The notes under the pieces: generated by a model | Seen by the model: the letters and a program-made list of their open reading frames with translations, nothing else | The model's database searches: none | What the model was told of the DNA's origin: nothing | Assembly: GCA_032718475.1 (NCBI GenBank) | Contig: JAUCBJ010000014.1 | Span: 1-61,903, forward strand | DNA from: Nemertoderma westbladi | Lineage: Eukaryota > Animalia > Xenacoelomorpha | Direction of reading: 5' to 3' | DNA: 61,903 nt | In this document: in pieces, positions 39,450 to 51,765 of the stretch | How positions within the stretch are numbered: position 1 is the first letter of the stretch | Layout: every line of letters starts with the position of its first letter | Translations under genes and position numbers: made by a program

Positions 39450-40140
39450 TCAATACACAAAAATAGTAATGTATCGCTTAACTTTGAACAGGCATTGAAG
39501 GATGCCGAATGCATGCAATATGAAACGTAAAAATCGTTTAACAATTAAATTTCCCTCGTTCCTACTACCACCGGTAACAAATGCCCCCAAGTGATGAAAC
39601 GCGCTTTCAAATGTAGATCCAGACACGCCACCTAACCCTAACGGTCCAAAATTACGAACTTGTTCTACCAAGTGGAACAAAGCATGGAGAGAAAGAGATG
39701 AGGCTGCCGTTCCGAACTGTGCGACCACAATAAGCTTTCTAAAAGTGTTCAATAAGAAATCCGTCCCTACAAGTTCGTCTTCCCAAATATTATTATTTGA
39801 TAGAAGATATATGGGAATTGAAAGACAAGAAACTAGAATTATAATATGGGGACTGGTATCCGAAAAATGAAGTAACGCGGTCACCATATAAAGCAAAAAA
39901 ACCTTGAATTCAGTAGCCTTCCACAATCATAAGACATCTAACGTTCCGCATTAAATGTTTGTTCGGACTTTACTGCAATTGTCTTCATATTGAAATAACA
40001 TGTTGTGATGATCCACACTGTATTCACCATAAATACTGTATATAGCACGCTGGACAGCCATAGTACGGTACCCATTATGGTGTATCATGTTTTAATGAGT
40101 CGGCTTTCGCTGGGAGATCAGCTACAAATGGAACGACCTT
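39450..40140 (-). pseudogene. CACTA/EnSpm (CMC)-like transposase remnant
   Basis: VADLPAKA...NMIHHNGY (frameshifted, ~40140-40070), WKATEFKVFLLY, SLHALFHLVEQVRNFGPL and STFES are typical of animal EnSpm-like transposases. Confidence 0.8.
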
Positions 40141-40448
40141 AATTTATTAGTATTTATTAAAACCTGAAATGAAAAAACCAGCATGTGTGTGCTACTATTG
40201 TACTACAGTACCGTACTGCAGTACTAACTATCAGACTGTAGTACAGTTGTTGTCAAGTACATTGAAGTAACTGAACTGTTGGTCAGTATGGTTTGGTTAG
40301 GCTAGGCCAGACAGCCAGATACTGTAGATACCTGACTCCTCAACGGTGTTAATATACCTAAACTTAATAAAAATATTACTTAAACTTATTAGCTCTACTT
40401 ATCAAGCTTACCTTAATGCAACACTACTTTGTAATCTTATTAAGCGAC

Positions 40449-40957
40449 TGTTATCGCAGTTGAAAGTTTATTATGCATGTAGAATCCGTGAGACCCAGGC
40501 TGCCAGACTCGTAGTCTGACAGACAAAACGGCAGGATATTACGTTCGAATTGAACTAACTGCTAACAGCCTAATCGATTCTCGCCTGCCATATACGGTAT
40601 TGTTTAACGGGTATGCAGAAAAATAGTATACATTGCTTCAGTAATTATTGTTATTAAGTTGCTTGAGTTACATTAACGTTAGTTACTTGAGTTACAGCTG
40701 TTGTGTCTCAGCTTGACATACAGACATATGTAATATAAACTACAGCACTAGGCCTAACATGATAATGAATGAATACGATGATAGGTGATACACATAAAGA
40801 CAATAATTACCGGTAGCACCGAGACATAAGTAAGTAACCGGAAGTTGCCAAAATGGCTGCTTGATAATAATTACGTCATGTTAAATGTTAATACTGTATA
40901 AAGATTTGGACCGATAAATAAGGGGGGAAACGAGGGGGAACGAGGTCTGCTGCAACA
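40449..40957 (-). repeat. 3' LTR of BEL element 2 (inverted arm)
   Basis: Minus strand TGTTGCAGCAG...AATAAA...CTGCGATAACA, with an 8/11 terminal inverted repeat. It is preceded by hairpin aaagtcc..ggacttt and agggtcggcta just after the integrase stop. Confidence 0.7.
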
Positions 40958-41005
40958 TAGCCGACCCTAAAGTCCGACGACTGGGACTTTACTAAATAAC
41001 AAAAA

Positions 41006-43086
41006 CTATTCACGTGCTTCCTCCAATAAGCATAGTTTTACAGCTGGTCGAGTGTAATCCTTGTTTTTCATACGAACTTTAACCGACCTAACAATGCCAT
41101 CACTACCAGAAAAAGTTTCTACTACTCTGCCTAGTGGCCATTGTCCACGTGGGGTGTTCGGTTCAATCACGAGCACAATATCATTCACACTCAGATTGCG
41201 GCGCTCATGGAGCCACACTCTGCGTTCAATAAGTGAAGGCACATATTCTCTCATCCATCGCCGCCAGAATTGGCTGGTGATGGCTTGAGTAGCTTTCCAC
41301 AAACTCTTAGAACATATATCTTTGTCGTCAAAGATTCCAGGAGGGAGGTTTGGATTTGCTCGACCTAACAGTATATGATTAGGTGTTAGAGCTTCTGGGT
41401 CATTTGGATCCACGCTGACATGAGTTAAAGGACGACTGTTGAGAAGACGTTCAACTTCAGCCAAGACAGTCATAAGGAGTTCATCAGAAACTAATTGATT
41501 ACCAAGAACAATTTTAAGAGCTTTCTTAGCTGACTGAACTGGTCGTTCCCAACTTCCTCCAAAGTGAGGACCTGATGGAGGGTTGAAATACCACTTGATA
41601 CCCTTCTGAGATAATGCATCGACAATAACCTCTTGATTCCAACTATCAAGAGATTGACGAAGTTCCTTTTCACCACAAGTGAAATTCGAACCATTATCGC
41701 TATACACAATTGATGGGTTTCCACGACGAGCAATCATGCGACGGAATGCCATCAGAAAAGAATTAGTATCTAATGAATAGGCGAGCTCCAGATGAACTGC
41801 GCGAGTTACGAGACATGTTGTGAGAAGAACATAACGCTTCATGGACCTACGCAATAACTTGGTGTAGAATGGACCCATGTAGTCAATTCCAATATTTACA
41901 AATGTATAAGTCATGGGGGAAAGACGAGGACGTGGCAGTGCCGCCATCAGTGGTGTTTCGGGCTTTACACGACGTTTCTTACAGACGAGGCACTTATTTA
42001 AGACCTTCTTCACATAAAGTCTACCTGAAGGAACCCAAAAAGATTGCCTGAGGGCATTTAGGGTCTGCTCCACACCTTCATGTAATACATTATCATGGAC
42101 ATCCTCAATGATAAGCTTGGTGAGATGGGCATCTTTAGGTAAGATGACTGGGTGCCGAGTTGATATGGAGAGATCAGATTTGCTAATCCTACCACCTACG
42201 ACAAGCAAACCAGACTCATTAAGAATTGGGGTTAGAGTCAATAGGCTGCTATCAGTTGGGATTGCAACACCTAGGGAAAGTTTACACACTTCAATGGGGT
42301 AAGAATCTTCTTGAACCCTTTTGATCAGAAAGTCCAATGAGTTTTTTAATTCTCTTGGCAAAAGGGGGCCAATGACCCGCTCACTCTTACGCTTCTTACA
42401 ATTTCTCACAAATCGAAATACCCAGGAGGTTATTCTCTTTAGACGTAGTAATACGGATATCTTGGAAATCAAAGTTAAGAAAACGTTATCCACTTCAGTT
42501 ACAAGAAGAGTGTTGACTGACTTGACCTCCACATCATATACAGTTGGCACAATGATATTAGATTTAAAGGTGGGCCATTCACCTTCTGGCAAAGAAAGAA
42601 ACAATGGACCATGAAACCAAGACTCTTCAGCAATCAGCTGATCTATTGAAGTTGGACGACTGCAATAATCTGCTGGATTAAGTTCGCCTGGTATGAAATT
42701 CCACTGACTAGGGGTGGTTACATCCAGAATTTCACCAACTCTGTGGGCTACAAAGGTATGATATCGACAGGCTAAGGAAGTTATCCACCCAAGGACAGTC
42801 TTGGCATCTAAATGAAACATTACTTCTGAAATTATCAATGACAATTCCTCACAAATCAAGCTAGCAAGGCGAGTTGCCATGACGGCGCCTTGCAGTTCCA
42901 GCCGAGGTACAGTCAAGGGCTTGACTGGAGCATTCCTAGATTTCGCCATGACTAAACTAATGTCAATAGCATCATCGGAATGAAGAGTACGGAAATATGC
43001 AACTGCACCAAACCCCTTTTCAGACGCATCTGAAAACACATGTAGCTGCGATTTGACTACAGGACTAAAAGATGATGAATAGCAAC
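41006..43086 (-). mobile_element. BEL element 2, inverted copy of the RNase H-integrase region
   Basis: 41091-43086 is the near-identical reverse complement of 48334-50329. Motifs FSDAS, GIDYMGP, SDNGSNF and WER are present, with an intact C-terminus. Confidence 0.95.
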
Positions 43087-43089
43087 ATA

Positions 43090-43107
43090 TGGTGAATTGG
43101 CCGGGAA
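43090..43107 (+). promoter_or_regulatory. primer-binding site complementary to the tRNA-Gly(GCC) 3' end
   Basis: TGGTGAATTGGCCGGGAA versus expected TGGTGCATTGGCCGGGAA (17/18, from my recall of the animal tRNA-Gly). It follows aaca-ta and precedes the gag ATG at 43173. Confidence 0.85.
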
Positions 43108-43172
43108 ACCGACGACGCGGTTGTCCCTTTTCCTGTCTCTGTACGTAGCGGATTTCGTAGATATTTTTACCT

Positions 43173-46100
43173 ATGGCGACTGGCAGCACAGGTGTCCACA
43201 CCGGTAACGGTAGCGGTGTTGATTTGCCCACGGGGGCTATACTTAAACGTGCAGGCAGTGACGCTGACGGTAAACCTGCTGTCAACGGTGGCAGTCGGTC
43301 ATGCGAAGATAATCCGCTAATCGAGAACCGTGAACCCGCACTGCAGGATTTTAACAGTGCTACACAAGACGACGATTTTGAAGATCCGATAGATGAGTTG
43401 GAATTCGATGTGACTTTCACTAAGAAGGAACGTACCACAGCTCGAGGAAGAGTTACGAAGTGCATAAACCGCATTAATGCCACTATCGAGGGTCAAGGCA
43501 GCCGCTCTGCTCTCAAAGCCCTTCTAGAAATACTCATCGATCTTCAAGAAGAATGTACAGAAGCCCACAAGTCTTATATTCGGTCTGTTGCTCAATCCGG
43601 CTCTGTTACCGATCCAGTGGCTGACGACTCGTGGCTCCAGCCTATGTTACGAGCGGTGGCTGCATGTCGTGCGTCCGTTAACGATTACTTTATTTCCCGC
43701 AGTAGCGAAGCGAGTTCTACTGCGAGTTCCCATCGAGTTGGAACCCGAGCGTCGGGTTCTGCATCCGCGTTACTAAACTCGGTTCGCTCAACTCGACGGA
43801 TCGCCAAGGAAAACGAACTGAAGCTGCTTCAGTTTCAACGCGATACCGAACTAAGGAAGAAGGAACAGAGTTTAAGGGAGTCAGAACATCAGTTGGTGGA
43901 GGAGAAAGAACTTCGACGACTTCAAAACGATGTAGAATCTTCGCGGTTATCCGTTGCTCTTGACGAGGATAATACTTGCGCTGCTGAACTCGATGATGAC
44001 GATTTCCCTCGTTCTCATATCAGTAATGCGGCTAGTTCAAGGGCCGGTCGCAGTCAGCTCATAGGTCGCGAGACCACCGAAGTCACTGCAGTACCAAGTT
44101 GTAATAATAACCGTGTTAGTTTTAATGTTACCAATTTAAATGACAATAATGTATTTTCTACTGCTATGTCTGAAAGCAATAATAATTCAATCAATTTATC
44201 GAATATCACTAGTGTAAATATTTCAAGTGCTTCTGTAGGCGTTGGTGTCTCCAGCATATTTACCAGTGCGCCACTAGGTACCAGTACTAGAAATTATTGT
44301 AATAATTTTGTCGAACCGTTACCACATTCGTCTACATACTGTAGCATTTATAATGGTTTTTCAGCGCCATTTGGCCCCAATACGTCTTTGTGCGGGGAAA
44401 GGTTCACAAATGCTATTTTCCCCCCTGCACCCCCTACCACTTGGGCCTTGCACACTCCCCCCTTTGTTCCTCAGAGTGTTAATTTTCCCAGTGTTAACCC
44501 TTGTAGCCTATCCATGTCTGGTCTGGGGTCAATGTCCTTTCCCACTGGGTTTAATAACGGGTCGGCTGTCGGTGGGTCAGTTGGGTCACCTACTGTCCCA
44601 TCCATTGCAACGGCCCCTAAATCCCCTCACGGTCAATCCACTATAGATAATTGGATTGATAGCGCTGAGTTAAGTGCTGCGACTTTACAAATGTCACATC
44701 AAACTATTCCACAACTTTCTACAGGGCCATATAATCCATGGTCGCAGGTTAACCTAGAACCTTTTGATGGTAACGCTGCTAAATGGCCTGGATTTATATC
44801 TAGTTTTAAAGCGTTATATCACGATACCGTTCCATCCCTCGCTTTAAAAATGGCTATTTTACAAAATTCGCTCACAGAGGAAGTGCGCGAAAGTGTGTCT
44901 AGTTTTTTAGATGACCCTAATTTATATTTTGATGCTCTAAAAGAATTAAGACGTATCTATGGCGATACGCATTTAGTTGCTAATGAGTCCAGCAAACGAC
45001 TTAAAAACTTACCTGAAGTAAAAATGGGTAAAACACATTACGCCACTTTGAGAGAATTTTCAATAAAACTCAATGGTGCTATTAGCAGATTAAAACGATT
45101 TAAAACGGTTATACCGCCGACTTGTTTGCTAACAACAACATTGATGACGTCATGGCAAAATTACCTCCATCTTTTCATTATGAATGGAGTAAACGAGTTT
45201 TAGATAATCGTCCCCAACAACCATCACTAGAACATCTAAATAGTTGGATTGCCATAAAACTAGAGCGCGCTAGAATTGCTGAAGGAAGTTTACAGGCGGC
45301 AAGTAGTAATAAACACAATAATTCGGAAAGGTTGGTTCAGTCAAATCAAAAGAATGCTACCAGCACGAATAAAAATAAAAATCAGATTTCTAGCAAAGGT
45401 CAAATTACTATACATACGCCTACAATAGCAGCAATTCATGCGCCATCTAGTGGTGATACTTTAAATTCAAATAAAGTTGAAAATCAAAGCGTTTCAAAAA
45501 CAAAAAAGAAAGTTTCTACTAATTCAACTGCTATGGGTAGTGGTAAATTTACACCACAGAGCAGTGTTATTGAAACCAGCTGTGTGGTGTGTAATGGTAA
45601 ACATGCTCTGATGAAGTGCAGTGTGTTTATCAGTATGGATCCTGAAGACCGTGGTGATGTAATTCGCAAACATAATTTGTGTTTTGCATGCGGTGTTCCT
45701 GGTCATTCTGCAGTGTGATGAGGAGGGCTGTTTTAAGCGTCACCATACTCTCCTCCATAATGCACCCAGAGTGTTTACTGCAAAGAATTTTAGCAGTAAA
45801 GGTTACGATTTTATTAAAAATTCTGACAGTGATAAGTCAAATTCCAAGCATGTGGGCACAGCATCGGTTTCAGCTGTTGCTGAACTTTCTAAAGTTGCTT
45901 TACAAATTGTTCCTGTATGCGTCATAGAACAATCGTCTGGTAAGATTTTAAACAATAAATTCGCATTTCTAGACCCAGGTTCTGAAACTTCACTTATAAC
46001 ATCTCGATTAGCTGAACAATTAGGCTTAAAAGGTCCTAATAAAATTGTACAATTTGGTAATTTTCAGGATGACGGTAAAGTTGGGTTTGCTTGTGAGAGT

Positions 46101-49100
46101 GAATTTGCTGTGTCACACTGTAAGGGTGGTCTGCAATATCGTATTCCCAAAGCTTGGATCGTACCTCGTATTAATGTTGGTCGACAGTATTTCGACTGGC
46201 CAAATATGAAATCTTCATGGGCCCATCTTAAAGACTTAGACCTGCCCATCATAGATTCAACCAATGTCTGATACAGAACAGCTTCAGGTATCGCACATTC
46301 GCATAACTCCTTTAGATACTGAAAGTAATTTAGCAGATTCTGAATTTCAGTTACTCGATTCTGTTAAGAGATTCTGGACAACCGAATCATTTGGAGTACG
46401 GCCTTGCAAGGCCCTTCCTATTGCGGCTGAAGAGTCTCGAGCTATAGAACTCTTAAATAAGAACACAAAATGTGTCAATAATCGCTATGTCACGAGTTTA
46501 TTGTGGGCAGAGGATAATACCAAATTGCCAAATAATATTTCCTCTGCATATAAGCGTCTTCTTTCAGTAGAGAGGCGACTTAAACGTGAACCTGAGTTAG
46601 CTACAATCTATGAATCCACAATCAATGGTTATATAGAAAAGGGTTTCGCTGTTAAAGTTGATTCCAAGGATCTTAAAGGGCCAGTAGGTAAGACTTGGTA
46701 TCTTCCACACCATCCAGTTGTCCACCCATGTAAGCCTGGGAAGGTGAGGCCGGTGTTTGATGCATCGGCCAGACACAATGGTGTCTCCCTCAATGACAAA
46801 CTTCTCAAGGGTCCTGATTTTTTAAACAGTCTTCAAGGCTGCCTTCTTAAGGGGGGGGTACACCATTTTCGGACAACTCTTCGATTTATCACTCTCAGCG
46901 TTTCAAAATTGTTTGATATAGGCTAAAATTTGGCATATAGGTGCCATGACCGTGCCATGCCATGCCGTGCCATGCCATCTACATGACAGGTAAGAAAAAT
47001 TTTTTTTTTCGCTATTTAATATTAGTTAATACTAGTTAACAACAAAAAAAACTTGGTTGCGCTTAAAACCCTAAGGCTTTTACAGTTTTGAACCTAATCA
47101 CATGAAAGTTTTTTTATATGATAGATCAAAGATGGGGCAACATAACTATCAGGCGAAATTTTGTTAAAATAATTCTGCACCGCTAGGTGGCGCTGCAAAT
47201 TTATGCAAATTTTTAGGTTTTTTATAAATAGTATTAAATTTTATTAACCAAAAATTTCGAAAAGTTGCCTGATACTTTTATGCAGGGTGGCTATCTAGAC
47301 ACCCACAGGAAGTTTCAGACTAATTACTCAAAAATTGTAGAAGTAGTAGGGTTTTGAAGTTGACAATTTCATGAAAAAAATATTTGGAGATAATCGACCT
47401 TTCATTATACATAGTAATAGTAATTTCAATAGGATTCCGTAAATGGAAATTTACATAACTTGAAAACTAAAAGAGCTATTAAAGAGCGGTTTTCAGATTT
47501 GGAAACACCATTCAATGGTGCATTACAATAGACCATAAAAAAAATTTCGACATATCTTGGACCAAAATGGTGTACCCCCCCCCCCCTTAAGTTTAGGAAG
47601 AAGCCCATAGCAATATCCGGAGATATAACGGCTATGTATCATCAAGTGATGGTGAAGAAAGAAGATCAGGATTTTCTTCGTTTTTTATGGGGAGGCCTTG
47701 AACGTCAAGGTCCTCCAACTGTCTATAAGATGGTTCGTGAATGCTTTGGATGCATCTCTTCAACATGTTCGTGTATCTATGCACTCAATCGAACTGCATG
47801 GGATAATGAACAGCAGTATCCTGTTGCTTCTAAAAAGGTTCTTTCGCATTTCTATGCAGATAACTATTTTGATTCGTGTGATAGTGAGGAAGAAGCTATA
47901 ACCCTTGTTAAGAATATGATTGATTTACTTTCTTTGGGAAGCTTTCCATTAGGACAATGGATGTCTTCATCAAAGAGAGTGCTATCAACTATACCTACTA
48001 AGCAGTTAGCAAATCCATCAATCGACCTAGATCTTGATGAGCTTCCAATTGAGCGAGCCCTAGGTGTTCGTTGGGATTGTAGTAGAGATACCTTCGTATT
48101 CTTTACACAGCTTAAGGATAAGATACCGACAAAGAGGAATGTCCTGCGACAGGTGGCATCCATCTTTGATCCACTCGGTGTACTATCTCCCATTCTTTTA
48201 ACCGCTAAAATCTTACTTCAGGATTGTTGGCGCCGTGAACTATCTTGGGATGAGAATCTTCATGATGATCTTAAAATTCGTTGGGAGGAATGGTTAAGTG
48301 ATCTTTCCAACCTCCATAAAATAGAAATCCCACGTTGCTATTCATCATCTTTTAGTCCTGTAGTCAAATCGCAGCTGCATGTGTTTTCAGATGCGTCTGA
48401 AAAGGGGTTTGGTGCAGTTGCATATTTCCGTACTCTTCATTCCGATGATGCTATTGACATTAGTTTAGTCATGGCGAAATCTAGGAATGCTCCAGTCAAG
48501 CCCTTGACTGTACCTCGGTTGGAACTGCAAGGCGCCGTCATGGCAACTCGCCTTGCTAGCTTGATTTGTGAGGAATTGTCATTGATAATTTCAGAAGTAA
48601 TGTTTCATTTAGATGCCAAGACTGTCCTTGGGTGGATAACTTCCTTAGCCTGTCGATATCATACCTTTGTAGCCCACAGAGTTGGTGAAATTCTGGATGT
48701 AACCACCCCTAGTCAGTGGAATTTCATACCAGGCGAACTTAATCCAGCAGATTATTGCAGTCGTCCAACTTCAATAGATCAGCTGATTGCTGAAGAGTCT
48801 TGGTTTCATGGTCCATTGTTTCTTTCTTTGCCAGAGAGTGAATGGCCCACCTTTAAATCTAATATCATTGTGCCAACTGTATATGATGTGGAGGTCAAGT
48901 CAGTCAACACTCTTCTTGTAACTGAAGTGGATAACGTTTTTTTAACTTTGATTTCCAAAATATCCGTATTACTACGTCTAAAGAGAATAACCTCCTGGGT
49001 ATTTCGATTTGTGAGAAATTGTAAGAAGCGTAAGAGTGAGCGGGTCATTGGCCCCCTTTTGCCAAGAGAATTAAAAAACTCATTGGACTTTCTGATCAAA

Positions 49101-50329
49101 AGGGTTCAAGAAGATTCTTACCCCATTGAAGTGTGTAAACTTTCCCTAAGTGTTGCAATCCCAACTGATAGCAGCCTATTGACTCTAACCCCAATTCTTA
49201 ATGAGTCTGGTTTGCTTGTCGTAGGTGGTAGGATTAGCAAATCTGATCTCTCCATATCAACTCGGCACCCAGTCATCTTACCTAAAGATGCCCATCTCAC
49301 CAAGCTTATCATTGAGGATGACCATGATAATGTATTACATGAAGGTGTGGAGCAGACCCTAAATGCCCTCAGGCAATCTTTTTGGGTTCCTTCAGGTAGA
49401 CTTTATGTGAAGAAGGTCTTAAATAAGTGCCTCGTCTGTAAGAAACGTCGTGTAAAGCCCGAAACACCACTGATGGCGGCACTGCCACGTCCTCGTCTTT
49501 CCCCCATGACTTATACATTTGTAAATATTGGAATTGACTACATGGGTCCATTCTACACCAAGTTATTGCGTAGGTCCATGAAGCGTTATGTTCTTCTCAC
49601 AACATGTCTCGTAACTCGCGCAGTTCATCTGGAGCTCGCCTATTCATTAGATACTAATTCTTTTCTGATGGCATTCCGTCGCATGATTGCTCGTCGTGGA
49701 AACCCATCAATTGTGTATAGCGATAATGGTTCGAATTTCACTTGTGGTGAAAAGGAACTTCGTCAATCTCTTGACAGTTGGAATAAAGAGGTTATTGTCG
49801 ATGCATTATCTCAGAAGGGTATCAAGTGGTATTTCAACCCTCCATCAGGTCCTCACTTTGGAGGAAGTTGGGAACGACCAGTTCAGTCAGCTAAGAAAGC
49901 TCTTAAAATTGTTCTTGGTAATCAATTAGTTTCTGATGAACTCCTTATGACTGTCTTGGCTGAAGTTGAACGTCTTCTCAACAGTCGTCCTTTAACTCAT
50001 GTCAGCGTGGATCCAAATGACCCAGAAGCTCTAACACCTAATCATATACTGTTAGGCCGAGCAAATCCAAACCTCCCTCCTGGAATCTTTGACGACAAAG
50101 ATATATGTTCTAAGAGTTTGTGGAAAGCTACTCAAGCCATCACCAGCCAATTCTGGCGGCGATGGATGAGAGAATATGTGCCTTCACTTATTGAACGCAG
50201 AGTGTGGCTCCATGAGCGCCGCAATCTGAGTGTGAATGATATTGTGCTCGTGATTGAACCGAACACCCCACGTGGACAATGGCCACTAGGCAGAGTAGTA
50301 GAAACTTTTTCTGGTAGTGATGGCATTGT
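43173..50329 (+). pseudogene. BEL/Pao element 2 gag-pol, frameshifted, MITE-interrupted and 3'-truncated
   Basis: Gag LEPFDGN..WPGF, CVVCNGKHALMKC, CFACGVPGH; protease FLDPGS; RT WYLPHHPV/VFDASA/YADN; RNase H and integrase in ORF 47634-50450. Homology to the inverted arm ends at 50329. Confidence 0.95.
46851..47586. mobile_element. non-autonomous DNA transposon, Kolobok-like (TTAA TSD, GG..CC ends)
   Basis: TTAA|GGGGGGGGTACACCATTTT...AAAATGGTGTACCCCCCCCCCCC|TTAA. Removing it restores the RT frame GCLLKFRKKPIAISGDITAMYHQV. Confidence 0.92.
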
Positions 50330-51765
50330 ACTGTGTAATAAAATCCCCCGCCAGGGAAAACTAATTATCGATCGCAAGCAAAGGAAAAACGCTGGTCCAG
50401 GACTTCAATGTAATAGCACCTGTTACTATCACCTTTATAATTTACAGTAAGTGTAGATGCGAAATATCTATTTCATAAGCCGAAAAATCCTGACTACAGA
50501 TTGTTACCGCATTAAAATATAAACCTAAATTTAAAATAGGCCAGAAATGTTTGAGACTCACCAGGATTCCATCCCTCCTTAGAAAACCGATTTTACAGTT
50601 CTAGAATGAATGATCTGTACTGTAACTACACTCTCGTTCTAGAATAGTACAAATTATCTAAGTATAATTTTCTTATCTATAGGTTATGCCCAATGGCTAA
50701 ACTTGGCACATATTTCAAATATCCCGTAGTTTTCTAAATGGACCAATGAAGGATGATACCTAACTAACCCAAAACATTTGCCCCGAAAACGTACACAAGC
50801 AAGACCTATTTTTACTCGCGTATCCCCCCAATTTAGCTTAATCTCCGATTGACTTGCGGTATATAATTTATTTACAAACAAGTCAGGTTCAAAACGGGAA
50901 ATACAACTAAATTTATTCATTCCTTCCCAATTTATTATACTGTTACCTATGAAGCAGTACTATATCTTTAGGACGTATTGAAACCCATTTAGCCCCCCAA
51001 AACCGATCTGTTAGCCCAAAATAAGCCCCATACTTCCCTTGACTATTTCCAATGTGCGTTGAGGCGTCTCATCCCTTCGCCAAATTACCCTATACGCCCC
51101 AACATGGCCGCTGTAAGCTGTAGCGTTTCCAAAACATTAATCCATTTAAACATTTAAACCGACTTTCAAATATAATATAATTTAGGACATATTATTATTA
51201 CAAGGACAATTTCTATACTAATATACGCAAAACATATTGCTCAAAATCAAAACTAATATAAAATGACAAGAAATTAACTAAGGAAGAATCAAACTAGAAT
51301 TGAGTTGAGATAATAATGGGATTTGGGCCCCAAAACTAATATATAAACTCACAATTTCTATTGAGCTGAGGTTAGCTGCAATGTATTACTACGGGTAATG
51401 CTTAGAGGACATTGCTGCTCGCTCCTCATTGGGCCAGCACACAGAAAACGCTCCACTCATATGGCGTGGTTTATATAACAGCTGCCAGGCCTAAAGCCAT
51501 TAACAGGTAGTTGTCAACTTCTATTTAAAATACTAATAAAGGTACTCTAAATTTAATGTAGATTACTTAGCAACCCTTAACAACAATAACTTTACTTGCA
51601 AATAGAAATAACTGGTTGATTCACCGCAATGATATGCAAAAATGGACCATAATAACTAAATCATCTATCTAAAATACAAAATATAAGTTTAATTTATATT
51701 TCAAAAACTTGTTTATTAATATAGATATTAAAAAATTTGAAATTTAGTAGCCATAGCATTTTATA
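50330..51765 (-). repeat. probable 3' LTR of BEL element 3 (boundaries tentative)
   Basis: Abrupt junction with BEL2 integrase at 50329/50330, near TGT triplets. Minus-strand TATATAAA lies at ~51470 and AATAAA at ~50915-50935. A hairpin and purine-rich aggagcgg precede it at 51766-51811. No second LTR is in the window to confirm it. Confidence 0.45.

Noticed and set aside
43087-43483. N-terminal part of the 825-aa minus-strand ORF as a novel integrase fusion
   Set aside because: It is antisense read-through of the plus-strand PBS/gag across the inversion junction.
50330-50450. C-terminal tail of the 938-aa ORF as genuine integrase sequence
   Set aside because: Homology with the intact inverted copy stops at 50329, and the tail is read-through into the adjoining element.
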